A stretch of 64,000 bases of DNA, taken from positions 6,124 through 70,123 of the forward strand of contig QZKQ01000056.1 of NCBI GenBank assembly GCA_003599535.1, given 5' to 3'. This DNA comes from Candidatus Zixiibacteriota bacterium. Lineage in GTDB: Bacteria; Electryoneota; B3-LCP. A model generated the notes under the pieces. The model searched no databases and was not told the origin of the DNA. It saw nothing but the letters and a program-made list of their open reading frames with translations. Both the position numbers and the translations under genes were made by a program. Shown piece by piece: positions 37,610-48,288 of this stretch (position 1 is the first letter of the stretch; each line of letters begins with the position of its first letter).

Positions 37610-39008
37610 CATTCCCAAAATCGCCGTGGTGGGCGGCGGCGTGGCCGGCCTGGCCACCGCCTGGCTGATGGCCGAGCTGGGCCGCGAAGCCGGCCGCCGC
37701 GCCGAAATCACCGTGTTCGAGGCGCTGCCCGAACCCGGCGGCGCCACCCGCACCGACATTATGGAGGGCTTCACCTGCGAATGGGGCCCCAACGGCTTCC
37801 TGGACAACGAGCCCGCCACCCTGGATCTGGTCGCCCGCCTGGGATTGACCGACCGCCTGGTGAAGGCCGATGAGAGCGCCGGGCGCCGCTTCATTTACTG
37901 GGGCGGCAAGATGCGCGAACTGCCCACCAAGCCGCCGGCCTTTCTGGTCTCCGACATCCTCCCCTGGCCCGCCAAGCTGCGGGTGGCGGGGGAGATCCTG
38001 GTGCCGGCCAAGCGCAACGGCGCCGAAGAGACGGTCTACTCCTTCGGGCGGCGGCGCCTGGGCCGGGGCTTCGCCGACCTGCTGCTCGACCCCATGGTTT
38101 CCGGCATCTTCGCGGGCGACACCCGCGAACTGTCGCTGGAGGCGGTCTTTCCCAAGATGGTGGCCATGGAGCGGGAGTACGGCGGGCTGTTCCGGGCCTT
38201 GATCGCCAAGTCGCGGGAAGCCAAACGCACCGGCCGGAAGATGGGCGGGCCTTCCGGGGCCAACGCCGTCCTGCACACCTTTCGCGAGGGTATGGGCGAG
38301 CTGACCGCGGCGCTGGCTTCCCGGCTGGCCGGCGCGCTGCGCCTCGCCTCCCCGGTGCAGGCCCTGGAAGTCCGCGACGGCGGCTTCCTCCTGCGCCTGG
38401 AAAACGAAACCGTGCCCGCCGACGCGGTGGTTCTGGCCTGCCCCTCGTGGGCCGCGGCGGAGATCATTGCCGGGCTGGACCCGGACGCGGCGCAGGCAGC
38501 GGGAAGGATCTGGCACGCCCCGGTGGACGTGGTCTGCCACGGCCATCCCGCGCCGAACCTGGGGCACGACCTGCACGGCTTCGGAGTGCTGGTGCCCCGC
38601 TCGGAGGGTCTCCGCGCCCTGGGCAGCCTGTGGAGCGATTCCATCTTCCCGGGGCAGGCGCCCGCGGGAATGAAGCTGCTGCGCACCATCCTGGGCGGCG
38701 CCCACGACCCCGCCATCGCCGAACTGTCGGACGCCGAGCTGGAACGCACCGCGCACCGCAACCACGAGCAGATGTTCGGGGTGCGCGCGGAACCGGCCTT
38801 CCGGCGGGTGTTCCGCCACCCCCGGGGCATCGCCCAATACACCCTGGGTCACCTGGGCCGGGTGGCCCAAACCGAGCGCCTGGAGCGCGAGCTTCCGGGC
38901 CTGTACTTCACCGGCGCCTCCTACCGCGGGGTGTCGGTCAACGGCTGCGCCAAGGACGCCTTCCGCGTGGCGCGCGCCTTCTGGGATCAATGGGGAGCCC
39001 GTTCATGA
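37599..39008 (+). CDS. hemG: FAD-dependent protoporphyrinogen/coproporphyrinogen oxidase (HemY-type)
   Basis: GGGVAGL, EWGPNGF, GIFAGD, HGFGVLVP, QYTLGH. Confidence 0.9.
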   Translation: MPNSIPKIAVVGGGVAGLATAWLMAELGREAGRRAEITVFEALPEPGGATRTDIMEGFTCEWGPNGFLDNEPATLDLVARLGLTDRLVKADESAGRRFIYWGGKMRELPTKPPAFLVSDILPWPAKLRVAGEILVPAKRNGAEETVYSFGRRRLGRGFADLLLDPMVSGIFAGDTRELSLEAVFPKMVAMEREYGGLFRALIAKSREAKRTGRKMGGPSGANAVLHTFREGMGELTAALASRLAGALRLASPVQALEVRDGGFLLRLENETVPADAVVLACPSWAAAEIIAGLDPDAAQAAGRIWHAPVDVVCHGHPAPNLGHDLHGFGVLVPRSEGLRALGSLWSDSIFPGQAPAGMKLLRTILGGAHDPAIAELSDAELERTAHRNHEQMFGVRAEPAFRRVFRHPRGIAQYTLGHLGRVAQTERLERELPGLYFTGASYRGVSVNGCAKDAFRVARAFWDQWGARS

Positions 39009-39829
39009 CCCTGATCGCCTTTTCCCTCCTGCCGGCCCTCCTGCTGCTGATTTACGGAGGGTTGCTGACCACCTGGATCCACCTGGCGCATCGCCCTGAC
39101 GGGCGCGTCGAGGCCCTGGCCGGCCGCGCCGGCTGGGTCGCCTTCGCGCTGTACCACGTCTGGATCCTGGCCCTGGCCGCCGCCCAGCAGCAGCCGCCCA
39201 TCGCCACCCTGGGCCAACTGGCGGCCTTCCTGGGCTTCCTGGTCATGGCCAGCCAGATCCTGGTGGAATCGAGGATGAAGCAGCGCCTGCTGGTCATCCT
39301 GCCCCTGGGCACCGTGACCCTGCTGCTGCTCCTGGCCGTGGCCGCCGGAGTGCGCCCGCAAGAGACGCCTGAAGCGGTCCGGGGGGCCGGCGCCACCCTG
39401 CACATCGCGCTGTCCCTGGGCGGCATCGCCATGCTCCTGGGCAGCGGAGTCTTCGGCGCGGGAGAACTGATCCTGCAGCGGGAGATCGCCCAGCGCACCT
39501 TCGGCCCGTTCTTCGCTTCGCTGCCCTCCCTGGAGGACCTGCGCAAGCTGCGCGTTCTGACCCTGGGCCTGGGTTGGCTGCTGATCACCGTCAGCCTGGG
39601 GTCAGCCATGATCTGGATGCGGCTGTTCCGGACTGATTCCGAGCTGGTGGCCTCCCACCTGCACCCCATGGTGACCCTGTGGGTGGTGGTCACCGCGCTG
39701 GCGGCGGCGGGACGCTTCGGCTGGCTGCGGCGTTCGCGGCTGGCGGCGCTGTCAGTGGGGCTGGCCGCGCTGGTCATGGCGCTGGCGGTCGTTTCCGTGG
39801 TGGAATTCTTCGTGGGGGAATGGCTATGA
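39005..39829 (+). CDS. CcsA/HemX-like cytochrome c assembly family membrane protein
   Basis: About 8 TMs, conserved His (TLHIALS), LPSLEDL motif; immediately upstream of hemA. Confidence 0.7.
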   Translation: MTLIAFSLLPALLLLIYGGLLTTWIHLAHRPDGRVEALAGRAGWVAFALYHVWILALAAAQQQPPIATLGQLAAFLGFLVMASQILVESRMKQRLLVILPLGTVTLLLLLAVAAGVRPQETPEAVRGAGATLHIALSLGGIAMLLGSGVFGAGELILQREIAQRTFGPFFASLPSLEDLRKLRVLTLGLGWLLITVSLGSAMIWMRLFRTDSELVASHLHPMVTLWVVVTALAAAGRFGWLRRSRLAALSVGLAALVMALAVVSVVEFFVGEWL

Positions 39830-41124
39830 TGCTGGAAATGGTGGGCCTGAACCACACCACCTCGGTTCTGGCTACGCGGGACAAGGCAGCCATCAGCCGG
39901 GACCGGATTCGCGAAGTGTCCGAATTCCTGCTGCAGGTGAAGCACGTGGAAGGGGTGGTCATCCTCTCCACCTGCAACCGCGTGGAGCTATACCTTTCGC
40001 CCAGTTATCACCTGACCGAACCGGTGCTGCGGGAACTTTTCGCCCGGGTTTGCCATCTAACCGCTGAAGAGGCCCGCGCCGCCTACGTATACCACGACGC
40101 CGCCGCGGTTTCCCATCTGTTCCGTGTGGCCGCCGGCCTGGACAGCCAACTGCTGGGCGAAGTGCAGATTCTGGCCCAGGTGAAGGACGCCTACCAGGCC
40201 GCCCTGGAGAACGCCACCACCAATGCCTTCCTGAACCGCGTCTTCCTGCGGGCCATCGAAACCGGCAAGCTGGTGCGGCACCGCACCGGCATCTCGCAGG
40301 GGGCCGTGTCGGTGGCCTACGCCGCCGTGGACCTGGCCCTGCGCGTCCTGGGCACCCTATCCGGCCGCAAGGTGCTGCTGGTCGGCGCCGGACAGACCGT
40401 GCGCCTGGCGTCCAAATACATGGCCGACTTCGGAGCCGCCTCCTGGCGCGTCAGCAATCGTACCGCGGAGAGAGCCGAGGCCCTGGCTGCCGGCTTGGGC
40501 GGCGAGGTCGCCGCCTTCCCGCCGCGGCCGGAGGACCTGGCTTGGGCCGACGTGGTGGTATCGGCCACCAGCGCCCCGGACCTGCTGATCCGCGCCGACA
40601 CGGCCCGCCCGGCGCTGGAAGGCCGCCGCCATCCGCTGGTCCTCCTCGACTTGGCCGTCCCCCGCGACGTGGATCCCGCCCTGGCTGGAACCGAAGACCT
40701 GTACCTCTATACCGTGGATGACTTCCAGGAACTGGTCCAGGCCAACCTGCGGGCCCGGCAGCGGGAAGCCGCCCGCGCCGAGAAGCTGGTGGATAAGATG
40801 GTGGAGGAGTTCCAGGCCTGGTACCAGGAGAACCGCATCTCGCCCACCATCCAGCAGTTGCAGGAAGTGCTGGAAGGCATCCGGCTTTCCGAAGTGGAAA
40901 ACAACGCCCGCCGCTTCTGCCCGGAAGACCGGGAGCAGATTGACAGGTTTTCCCGGGCGTTGATCAAGAAGGTCACCAGCCTGATCATCGCCAACATGAA
41001 GCGGGCCTGCGCCGACCGCAACGACCTGTCCCTGGCCCGGGCCGTATCTCTGGCCTTCGCCCCCGCCGATGAAGCCGTTGTCAAGGAAGTACTGGAGAAG
41101 CTGAACCGTGAGCTATCCCACTGA
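39826..41124 (+). CDS. hemA: Glutamyl-tRNA reductase
   Basis: [37 protein letters not shown]. Confidence 0.96.
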   Translation: MMLEMVGLNHTTSVLATRDKAAISRDRIREVSEFLLQVKHVEGVVILSTCNRVELYLSPSYHLTEPVLRELFARVCHLTAEEARAAYVYHDAAAVSHLFRVAAGLDSQLLGEVQILAQVKDAYQAALENATTNAFLNRVFLRAIETGKLVRHRTGISQGAVSVAYAAVDLALRVLGTLSGRKVLLVGAGQTVRLASKYMADFGAASWRVSNRTAERAEALAAGLGGEVAAFPPRPEDLAWADVVVSATSAPDLLIRADTARPALEGRRHPLVLLDLAVPRDVDPALAGTEDLYLYTVDDFQELVQANLRARQREAARAEKLVDKMVEEFQAWYQENRISPTIQQLQEVLEGIRLSEVENNARRFCPEDREQIDRFSRALIKKVTSLIIANMKRACADRNDLSLARAVSLAFAPADEAVVKEVLEKLNRELSH

Positions 41125-42085
41125 CCGTCCCCGCCGCCTGCGCCGCGGCGAAACCCTGCGCCGCCTGGTGCGCGAAACCGTCCTGACCGCCGACGACCTG
41201 GTCCAGCCGCTGTTCGTGGTCCCCGGCCGCGGCGTGCGCCGGGAAATTTCCAGCCTGCCGGGCCAGTACCACCTGTCGGTGGACGAAGCCGCCGCCGAAG
41301 CCGCCCGGCTGGCCGGGCTGGGCGTGCCGGGCCTGATTCTCTTCGGCATCCCCGCGCGCAAGGACGAGACCGGGTCTTCCGCCTGGGACGACGACGGTGA
41401 AGTCCAGCGGGCCGTCCGGGCCATCCGGGAAGCCGCGCCGGGGCTGGTGGTCATGACCGACGTCTGTCTGTGCGAATACACCAGCCACGGCCACTGCGGC
41501 GTTATTTCCGGCGGGGAGGTGGACAACGACCCCACCCTGGAACTGCTGGCCCGGACCGCCGTCAGCCACGCCCGCGCCGGCGCCGATGTGGTCGCCCCGT
41601 CCGACATGATGGACGGCCGGGTGCATGCCATCCGCCAGGAGCTGGACCGGGAAGGCTTCGGCCAGACCGCCATCCTCTCCTATGCGGTAAAGTACGCCTC
41701 GGCCTACTACGGCCCCTTCCGCGAAGCCGCCGGGTCGGCCCCTCAGTTCGGCGACCGCCGCGGCTACCAGATGGACCCGGCCAACGCCCGCGAAGCGCTG
41801 CGCGAGGCGGAACTGGACCTGGCCGAGGGAGCCGACATGATCATGGTCAAGCCGGGCTTGGCCTACCTGGACGTGCTGGCCCTGGTCAAGCGCACCTTCA
41901 ACCGGGTGACCGCCGCCTACCAGGTGTCGGGCGAGTACGCCATGATCGAAGCCGCCGCGCAGCAGGGCTGGATTGACCGCCGGCGCTTGATCCTGGAGAC
42001 CCTGACCAGCTTCAAGCGCGCCGGCGCGGACTTCATCCTGACCTACTACGCCGGCGAAGTGGCAGGGTGGCTGAAGGAAGGGTAG
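41108..42085 (+). CDS. hemB: Porphobilinogen synthase
   Basis: [38 protein letters not shown]. Confidence 0.97.
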   Translation: MSYPTDRPRRLRRGETLRRLVRETVLTADDLVQPLFVVPGRGVRREISSLPGQYHLSVDEAAAEAARLAGLGVPGLILFGIPARKDETGSSAWDDDGEVQRAVRAIREAAPGLVVMTDVCLCEYTSHGHCGVISGGEVDNDPTLELLARTAVSHARAGADVVAPSDMMDGRVHAIRQELDREGFGQTAILSYAVKYASAYYGPFREAAGSAPQFGDRRGYQMDPANAREALREAELDLAEGADMIMVKPGLAYLDVLALVKRTFNRVTAAYQVSGEYAMIEAAAQQGWIDRRRLILETLTSFKRAGADFILTYYAGEVAGWLKEG

Positions 42086-42284
42086 AGCTCTCACCTCCAC
42101 CCGCTTGCCCCGCCCTGTTTTGATCCCCCCCTGCCCCCCCTTGTTAAGGGGGGATAAAGGGGGGATAGAAAAGGAGGGGATGATCACCTTGGATTAGCGC
42201 TTTTAATTGTCTAAGACCATTAGCGGGATAGCATGATAGTAGCCCAGGAATTCATTCCTGGGACGAAGGCCGGACGGGGCAGAT

Positions 42285-42519
42285 CGTAGGGGCGATGCAT
42301 CTGCCCGGAAGAGGCCTCTGACCATGACCGCACCACGATTCTTTCCGAGGGCAACATGGTTCAACTCATTGTGCAGAGGCTTCGCCCTGGAACGATATGG
42401 CAGCCCATCCCCACGCAGGGCGAAGCATTTGCGCACCTTGTCCCGTGATGCAGGTCTTCCCAGAAATCGGTGACCCGGTCCAGCCATAAAGGGCGCATCC
42501 CGGCAAATGCATCGCCCCC
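42285..42519. repeat. REPIN-like doublet (inverted relative to 12107-12336)
   Basis: GTAGGGGCGATGCATCTGCC...GCAGAGGCTTCGCCCT...AGGGCGAAGCATTTGC...GGCAAATGCATCGCCCC. Confidence 0.8.
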
Positions 42520-42731
42520 ACACCACCGTTCATTCGTAATTCTAACAGCGAGGGAATCGCCGCCAGGAATCGCTACTCTAACGGGGTGATCTGTAGCAAT
42601 CAGGCTGAGACACTGCCTTTTCCAAACCGACCGGGCCTCATGGCCCCGCTTCAATCCTGGCGGCAACGCCGTAATCCCTTCAATCCATGATTCTGACAAT
42701 ACGCCTCGGCGAATAAATCACCACGACGACC

Positions 42732-44009
42732 ATGTCCCAATCCCAACAGCTCTTCGACCGCGCCCGGCGGCTGCTGCCCGGCGGAGTCAATTCTCCGGTG
42801 CGGGCCTTCAAGGCCGTGGGCGGCACGCCCCCCTTCATCGCCTCGGCTTCCGGCTGCACCCTGACCGATGTGGACGGCCGGGAATACCTGGACTATATCG
42901 GCTCCTGGGGACCCATGATCGCGGGGCACGCCCACCCGGAGGTCACTTCCGCCATTGAGGCGGCGGCGCGGCGCGGCACCAGCTTCGGCGCGCCCGGCCC
43001 GCTGGAGGTCGAGCTGGCCGAGGAGATCGTCCACCGTGTGCCGTCGGTAGACATGGTACGCATGGTCAATTCCGGCACCGAAGCCACCATGAGCGCCGTA
43101 CGCCTGGCCCGGGCCGCCACCCGGCGTGAGGTCGTCATCAAATTTGCCGGCTGTTACCACGGCCACGCCGACAGCTTCCTGATCCAGGCCGGATCCGGCG
43201 TCGCCACGCTGGGGCTGCCCGACAGCCCCGGAGTCACCGCCGGAGCCGCCCGCGATACCCGCGTGGCCCGCTACAACGACCTGGATTCCGTGGCCGCCAT
43301 TTTTGACCGGGAGGGTTCCCAGGTGGCCGCGGTGATCGTCGAGCCGGTGGCGGGCAACATGGGCGTGGTCCCGCCCCGGACCGGTTTCCTGGAAGGCCTG
43401 CGGGCCCTGTGCGACCGCCACGGCGCCCTGCTGATCTTCGACGAGGTGATGACCGGGTTCCGGGTGCACCCCGCCGGCGCTCAAGGGTTGTACAGCCTCC
43501 GCCCGGACCTGTCCACCTTCGGCAAGGTCATCGGCGGGGGCCTGCCCGTGGGAGCCTACGGCGGCCGCACCGACCTGATGACCCTGATCGCTCCCTCCGG
43601 GCCGGTCTACCAGGCAGGGACGCTGTCCGGCAATCCCCTGGCCATGGCCGCGGGCCTGGCCACCCTGAAGCTCCTGGACGAGGCCGCCTACGCCCGACTG
43701 GAGACCGTGTCCGCCGCGCTGGAAGCCGGGCTGCTGGACGCCTGCCGCCAAGCCGGCGTTCCCGCCGTGGTACAGCGGGTCGGGTCCATGCTGACGCTCT
43801 TCTTCCACGCCGGCCCGGTGCACAATATGGACGACGCCTCCCAGGCCGATCATCCCCGCTTTGCCCGCTTCTTCGCCGCCCTGCTGGAACAGGGCGTGCA
43901 CCTGCCGCCCAGCGGTTACGAGGCCTGGTTCGTCTCCCTGGCCCACGACGAGACCGTCGTCGAACATACCCTGGCCGCCGCCCGGAAGGCGTTGGAAGCC
44001 GGCCGGTGA
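42732..44009 (+). CDS. hemL: Glutamate-1-semialdehyde 2,1-aminomutase
   Basis: [39 protein letters not shown]. Confidence 0.97.
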   Translation: MSQSQQLFDRARRLLPGGVNSPVRAFKAVGGTPPFIASASGCTLTDVDGREYLDYIGSWGPMIAGHAHPEVTSAIEAAARRGTSFGAPGPLEVELAEEIVHRVPSVDMVRMVNSGTEATMSAVRLARAATRREVVIKFAGCYHGHADSFLIQAGSGVATLGLPDSPGVTAGAARDTRVARYNDLDSVAAIFDREGSQVAAVIVEPVAGNMGVVPPRTGFLEGLRALCDRHGALLIFDEVMTGFRVHPAGAQGLYSLRPDLSTFGKVIGGGLPVGAYGGRTDLMTLIAPSGPVYQAGTLSGNPLAMAAGLATLKLLDEAAYARLETVSAALEAGLLDACRQAGVPAVVQRVGSMLTLFFHAGPVHNMDDASQADHPRFARFFAALLEQGVHLPPSGYEAWFVSLAHDETVVEHTLAAARKALEAGR

Positions 44010-44024
44010 TAACGGGCTCCCAAT

Positions 44025-45131
44025 ATGCCTACCAATCGCCCCTCCCGCCGCCATTTCCTGCTTTTCCTGCTGTTGACGCTGTTCGCCTTCGCCCAGCTCG
44101 GCTGGTGGATCATCTTCCAGATGGAAGAGGGAGCCCGGGTGTCGCGTCTCCAGGAGGACCTGTGGGCCGGCCAGATCGCCACCGCCCGCCAATGGCTGGA
44201 AGTCCACGAAGCCACCTATGCGGAGACCTGGTCCTGGCTGGCGCAGACCTTCCCCGACCTGGAACTGCAGCCGGGCGGCGACTTCGCCGTCAGCGAGGAG
44301 GCGCGGCAGCGGCTGGATCACCTGGCCCGGGGCCGGGTGCGTATGTTCGTGTGGGAAGGTGGATTCTTTACCCTGGTGCTGCTGGCGGGAGTCGGATTCA
44401 TGCTCCGCACCCTGCGCCGCGAGATCCTGACCGAGCGCCGCCAGTCCGTGTTCCTGTCGGCCACTTCGCACGAACTGAAGACCCCCATCACCTCCCTGCG
44501 GCTCTACCTGGACACCCTGATGGAGCGCGACCTCCCCCCTGAGCAGAAGCGCGAGTTGATGACGGTCATGCAGCAGGACCTGCAGCGGCTGACCGACCTG
44601 ATTGACCGCCTGCTGCAAGCTCAGAACCTGTCCGCGGGGCGGCGGTCCGCGTCCCTGCAACTTACCAACCTGACCGAAGAGACCCGCGCCGCCCTGGATC
44701 AGTACGCCGGCGTCTTCGGCCTGAAGGGCTGCCGGCTGGATTCCCGCCTGGAGGAAAACCTCTTCGCCCTGGCCGATCCCGACCGCTGGCAGGTGGTAGT
44801 CAAGAACCTGCTGGACAACGCCTGCAAGTATTCCCCTTCCGGCAGCCCCCTGGAACTGCGCCTGGTTCGCGCCGGGAAGCAGGCCCGCCTGGAAGTCACC
44901 GACCACGGCGCCGGCCTGGAAAAGGGCGACACCGAGCGCATTTTCGAACGCTTCTACCGCGCCGATAACGATGCCACCCGCCGCGCCCGGGGCACCGGCC
45001 TGGGGCTTTACCTGGCCCGCGTCATGGTCGAATCCTTCGGAGGGAAGATTTCCGCGCGCAGCCCGGGACCGGGGCAGGGGAGCACCTTTATCGTAGAACT
45101 GCCGCTGGCGCGGGGAGGGAGCGATGCCTGA
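44025..45131 (+). CDS. Sensor histidine kinase (2 TM, HisKA + HATPase)
   Basis: SHELKTP, NLLDNACKYS, DHGAG, FERFYR, GTGLGL. Confidence 0.93.
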   Translation: MPTNRPSRRHFLLFLLLTLFAFAQLGWWIIFQMEEGARVSRLQEDLWAGQIATARQWLEVHEATYAETWSWLAQTFPDLELQPGGDFAVSEEARQRLDHLARGRVRMFVWEGGFFTLVLLAGVGFMLRTLRREILTERRQSVFLSATSHELKTPITSLRLYLDTLMERDLPPEQKRELMTVMQQDLQRLTDLIDRLLQAQNLSAGRRSASLQLTNLTEETRAALDQYAGVFGLKGCRLDSRLEENLFALADPDRWQVVVKNLLDNACKYSPSGSPLELRLVRAGKQARLEVTDHGAGLEKGDTERIFERFYRADNDATRRARGTGLGLYLARVMVESFGGKISARSPGPGQGSTFIVELPLARGGSDA

Positions 45132-45831
45132 ACGCATCCTGATCGTGGAAGACGAGGAGCACATCGCCCGAGGGGTGAAACTCAACCTGGAAGCGGAAGG
45201 ATACCGGGTGGAGGTGGTGGACGACGGGCGGGAGGCCATCGCGCATATCCGCCGCGCCGAACCCGACCTGGTCATCCTGGACGTCAACCTGCCCGGCGTG
45301 GACGGTTTTACCGTATGCGAGACGGTGCGGGGGGAAGGGCGGCGCGTCCCCATCTTGTTCCTGACCGTGCGGGACAGCGAGGACGACCGGGTGCGCGGCC
45401 TGGAACTGGGCGGGGACGACTACCTGGCCAAGCCCTTCAGCATCCGCGAACTGTTGCAGCGGGTCAAGGCCATCCTGCGGCGGGAAGAGTGGTACCGGCA
45501 GGATCCGGCGACCGGCAGCGTCCTGCAGTTCGGCCCCAACCGGGTGGACTTCTCCGCCTACCGGGCCTGGACGCCGCAGGGGGAAATCGCCCTGACCCAG
45601 AAGGAGTGCATGCTGCTGAAGCTGCTGGCGGAAAACGAGGGCCGGGTAGTGGACCGCAATACCATCCTGGACCAGGTGTGGGGCTACGACCGCTACCCGT
45701 CCACCCGCACCATTGACAACCTCATCCTGCGCCTGCGCAAGACCTTCGAAGCCGACCCCAAACGCCCCCGGCATATTCACTCGCTCTACGGGGCGGGGTA
45801 CAAGTTCACCCGGGAGGAGACGGAAGGATGA
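45124..45831 (+). CDS. OmpR/PhoB family response regulator
   Basis: ILIVEDE, LDVNLP, KPFS, RTIDNLILRLRK, GAGYKF. Confidence 0.95.
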   Translation: MPERILIVEDEEHIARGVKLNLEAEGYRVEVVDDGREAIAHIRRAEPDLVILDVNLPGVDGFTVCETVRGEGRRVPILFLTVRDSEDDRVRGLELGGDDYLAKPFSIRELLQRVKAILRREEWYRQDPATGSVLQFGPNRVDFSAYRAWTPQGEIALTQKECMLLKLLAENEGRVVDRNTILDQVWGYDRYPSTRTIDNLILRLRKTFEADPKRPRHIHSLYGAGYKFTREETEG

Positions 45832-45834
45832 AGG

Positions 45835-46195
45835 TGAAAAAAGAAAGTCTAAAGGATAAAGTATAAAGTATAAAGAAAACAGGAGGGTAGGACAGACATT
45901 CTTGTCTGCCGGTGGGACGGGCGCCTGTCACATGGTGCTTGGTGCTTGATACTTGGAGGGGCACGCTTTGTCGTGGCCATTTTTTGTTCATTGCGAGGCT
46001 CCACAAAAGCCGAAGCCATCTCAAACCCAGAACCGTGTCATTGCTTCGTCATCCCGACCGCTGGTCGGGATGACGAAGCAATCTCAACTCTCCGTCCGCC
46101 TCCGCCCACCCCTCAAGGAGTGGGCTACGGCTAAAATGAGAAAGCCCCGTAAACGGGGCTCCTGTAGCTGCGAGCTGCGAGATGCGAGCTACGAG
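45835..46195. repeat. Convergent intergenic region rich in heptamer repeats and REP-like hairpins
   Basis: (ATAAAGT)n, GTAGGACAGACATTCTTGTCTGCC, (GGTGCTT)n, TTGCTTCGTCATCCCGACC/GGTCGGGATGACGAAGCAA, (GCTGCGA)n. Confidence 0.65.
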
Positions 46196-46230
46196 AAAGG
46201 GGCGGTCCCACCGGGCCGCCCCTACTTTTT
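46196..46230. terminator. Bidirectional intrinsic terminator
   Basis: AAAGGGGCGG...CCGCCCCTACTTTTT between convergent genes. Confidence 0.65.
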
Positions 46231-46235
46231 ACTTT

Positions 46236-48212
46236 TTACTTGAGTAAAACCACCTTCTGCACCTGCGTAAAGTCGCCCGCCTCCAGCCTCACGAAATACG
46301 CCCCCGCCGCCAGCCCCGAGGCGTCAAACGTCAGCTCGTGATTTCCCGCCTCCCGCCAGCCGTCCACCAGCGTTCTGACTTCGCGGCCGGCGGTGTCGTA
46401 GACTTTCAGTCGGATGTGGCCGGCAGCCGGGAGCGTGAAGCCCAGAGCCGTCAGCGGATTAAAAGGGTTGGGCGAGGGCGGCAGCAGGCGGCACTCCTGC
46501 GGCAGCGGCGCGCCGAAGGCCGTGGCGGTGGGGGATTGCCAGTTGAGGAGGGTGCCTGAGGAATACTTGATGGTAACGTAGTCTTCATTTGTCCCCATCC
46601 CGTTACTGCTTCCTGTCACATAAATATTACCGGCTATATCGACATGAAGTCCACCCAATCCGTGATCGACAGCGTTGGCAGGTCCATTGTAACCCGCCAC
46701 CCACATCTGGACTCCGTTAAGGTTGTACTTGATTGTGGTAATATCGCCGTAACTGGATCCCATGACTATTACGTTGCCGCCATCGTCCAAAGCGAGCTTA
46801 TAGCCATAGTCATCAATTGCTCCTGGCCCACTGTAGTATGCCACCCACTGCTCCACGCCATAAGGATCGTACTTAATGGTGGCACAATCGTCGTTATAAA
46901 CAAAAATCTGAGTAAACCCGGTAATATATACATTACCAGCCCCGTCCACAGCCAAATCAAAAGCTTGATCAACCGCATCACCAAGACCATTAAATATCGC
47001 AATCCACTGTTGAATGCCGGCAGAGTCATATTTAATCGTAACATAATCCCAACTTGTCAAGCTTCCATAGCTGGTTCCAGTCACATAAATATTGTCCTCA
47101 GCATCCAATACTAAACTGCGAGCGCAATCTTCATAATTCCCTGATCCGTTATGCCGTGCCACCCATATCTGGTCACCTGACGAATTGTATTTAATGGTAG
47201 CGCAATCATCCGATGTTCCGACTCCATTGCTTTCCCCTGTGACATAAATATCGCCGTCACTGCCTGAGGCTAAACTGTAGGCACGATCGTTGTTAGATGC
47301 AGGGCCATCGTATCTTGCGGCCCATTGCTGGTTTCCCGTAGAATCATACTTGACAGTAGTATAATCTTCGTCACCGCCGATTCCACAACTATACCCAGTC
47401 ACGTATACATTGCCGTCATCATCAATGATAATAGCCACGGCAATATCATGTGAATTTCCAGGCCCATTGTAACGCGCAAGCCACTGACGGACCCCAGAAG
47501 AGTCGTATTTTATTGTGGCATAATCATAGTTTGATCCATTCCCGTAACTTCCACCTGTCACATAGACATTCCCCTGTTCGTCACATGCTAAATCATAGGC
47601 TTCGTCGTCATCATTGCCTGGCCCATTATATTGCGCAATCCACTGCTGGATTCCTGAAGAACTATATTTGATGGTCATATAATCATAGGATGATCCGTTT
47701 CCAGTACAGTAGCCTGTCACGAAGAGATTATCTGAATCATCCGCAACAATATTAGTGGACCAATCTTCGTAGTTTCCCATTCCGTTAAACCGCGCCGTCC
47801 ATTCCTGAATGACTCCTCCCGTCAGCATCTGCTTCTGGAACTGCAGCGTGTCCCCCGCCCAGACGGCGCCGGGGTGCAGCCCCACGTAGGCGCGCAGGGT
47901 GTAGTAGCCCACCGGCGACCCCTGCGTCAGCGGCACACTGCGTTCCCAAGTCATGGTTTCCCCCGCCTGGAAGGTCTGCGTCACCGGCCCAGGCGAGGGC
48001 CCGGCGCTGCCGCTGGGCCGGGAGCTCGTGCCCCAGATATCGGCGCTGATGGTCGGCCCCAGGTTGGTGACGGACAGGCGGTAGGAAAACGTGCCGCCGC
48101 TGTCGGGCAGGACTAGCGGCGTGAGTGGGGTCAGCTCGACGGTGAAGGGTTGGTTCCAACCCGCTGACGGCAGGAGCAGGAGAACCAGGGCGATAAGGGC
48201 GAGGCTTCGCAT
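46236..48212 (-). CDS. Secreted SBBP-repeat beta-propeller protein with N-terminal Ig-like module and C-terminal sorting domain
   Basis: Signal peptide; about 7 repeats DxxGNVYVTGxS...DYxTIKYxxxG; SPNPFNP...KVVLLK. Confidence 0.9.
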   Translation of the reverse strand: MRSLALIALVLLLLPSAGWNQPFTVELTPLTPLVLPDSGGTFSYRLSVTNLGPTISADIWGTSSRPSGSAGPSPGPVTQTFQAGETMTWERSVPLTQGSPVGYYTLRAYVGLHPGAVWAGDTLQFQKQMLTGGVIQEWTARFNGMGNYEDWSTNIVADDSDNLFVTGYCTGNGSSYDYMTIKYSSSGIQQWIAQYNGPGNDDDEAYDLACDEQGNVYVTGGSYGNGSNYDYATIKYDSSGVRQWLARYNGPGNSHDIAVAIIIDDDGNVYVTGYSCGIGGDEDYTTVKYDSTGNQQWAARYDGPASNNDRAYSLASGSDGDIYVTGESNGVGTSDDCATIKYNSSGDQIWVARHNGSGNYEDCARSLVLDAEDNIYVTGTSYGSLTSWDYVTIKYDSAGIQQWIAIFNGLGDAVDQAFDLAVDGAGNVYITGFTQIFVYNDDCATIKYDPYGVEQWVAYYSGPGAIDDYGYKLALDDGGNVIVMGSSYGDITTIKYNLNGVQMWVAGYNGPANAVDHGLGGLHVDIAGNIYVTGSSNGMGTNEDYVTIKYSSGTLLNWQSPTATAFGAPLPQECRLLPPSPNPFNPLTALGFTLPAAGHIRLKVYDTAGREVRTLVDGWREAGNHELTFDASGLAAGAYFVRLEAGDFTQVQKVVLLK

Positions 48213-48231
48213 GGCAAGCTCCGGGGGAAGG

Positions 48232-48288
48232 GAACTAAGAACTAAGAACTAAGAACTAAGAACGAAGAACGAACTAAGAACTAAGAAT
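48232..48288. repeat. (GAACTAA)n heptamer tandem repeat in the 5' leader
   Basis: Six exact units plus degenerate ones between the promoter region and the 48212 start. Confidence 0.85.

Noticed and set aside
42651..45353. Long antisense ORFs (900 aa here; also 56556-58982, 26802-28433, 53454-54926)
   Set aside because: Shadows of well-supported genes on the opposite strand, expected with high GC3; no recognisable motifs
46560..47815. Diversity-generating retroelement target
   Set aside because: No reverse transcriptase and no TR/VR pair differing only at adenines; these are ordinary diverged SBBP repeats
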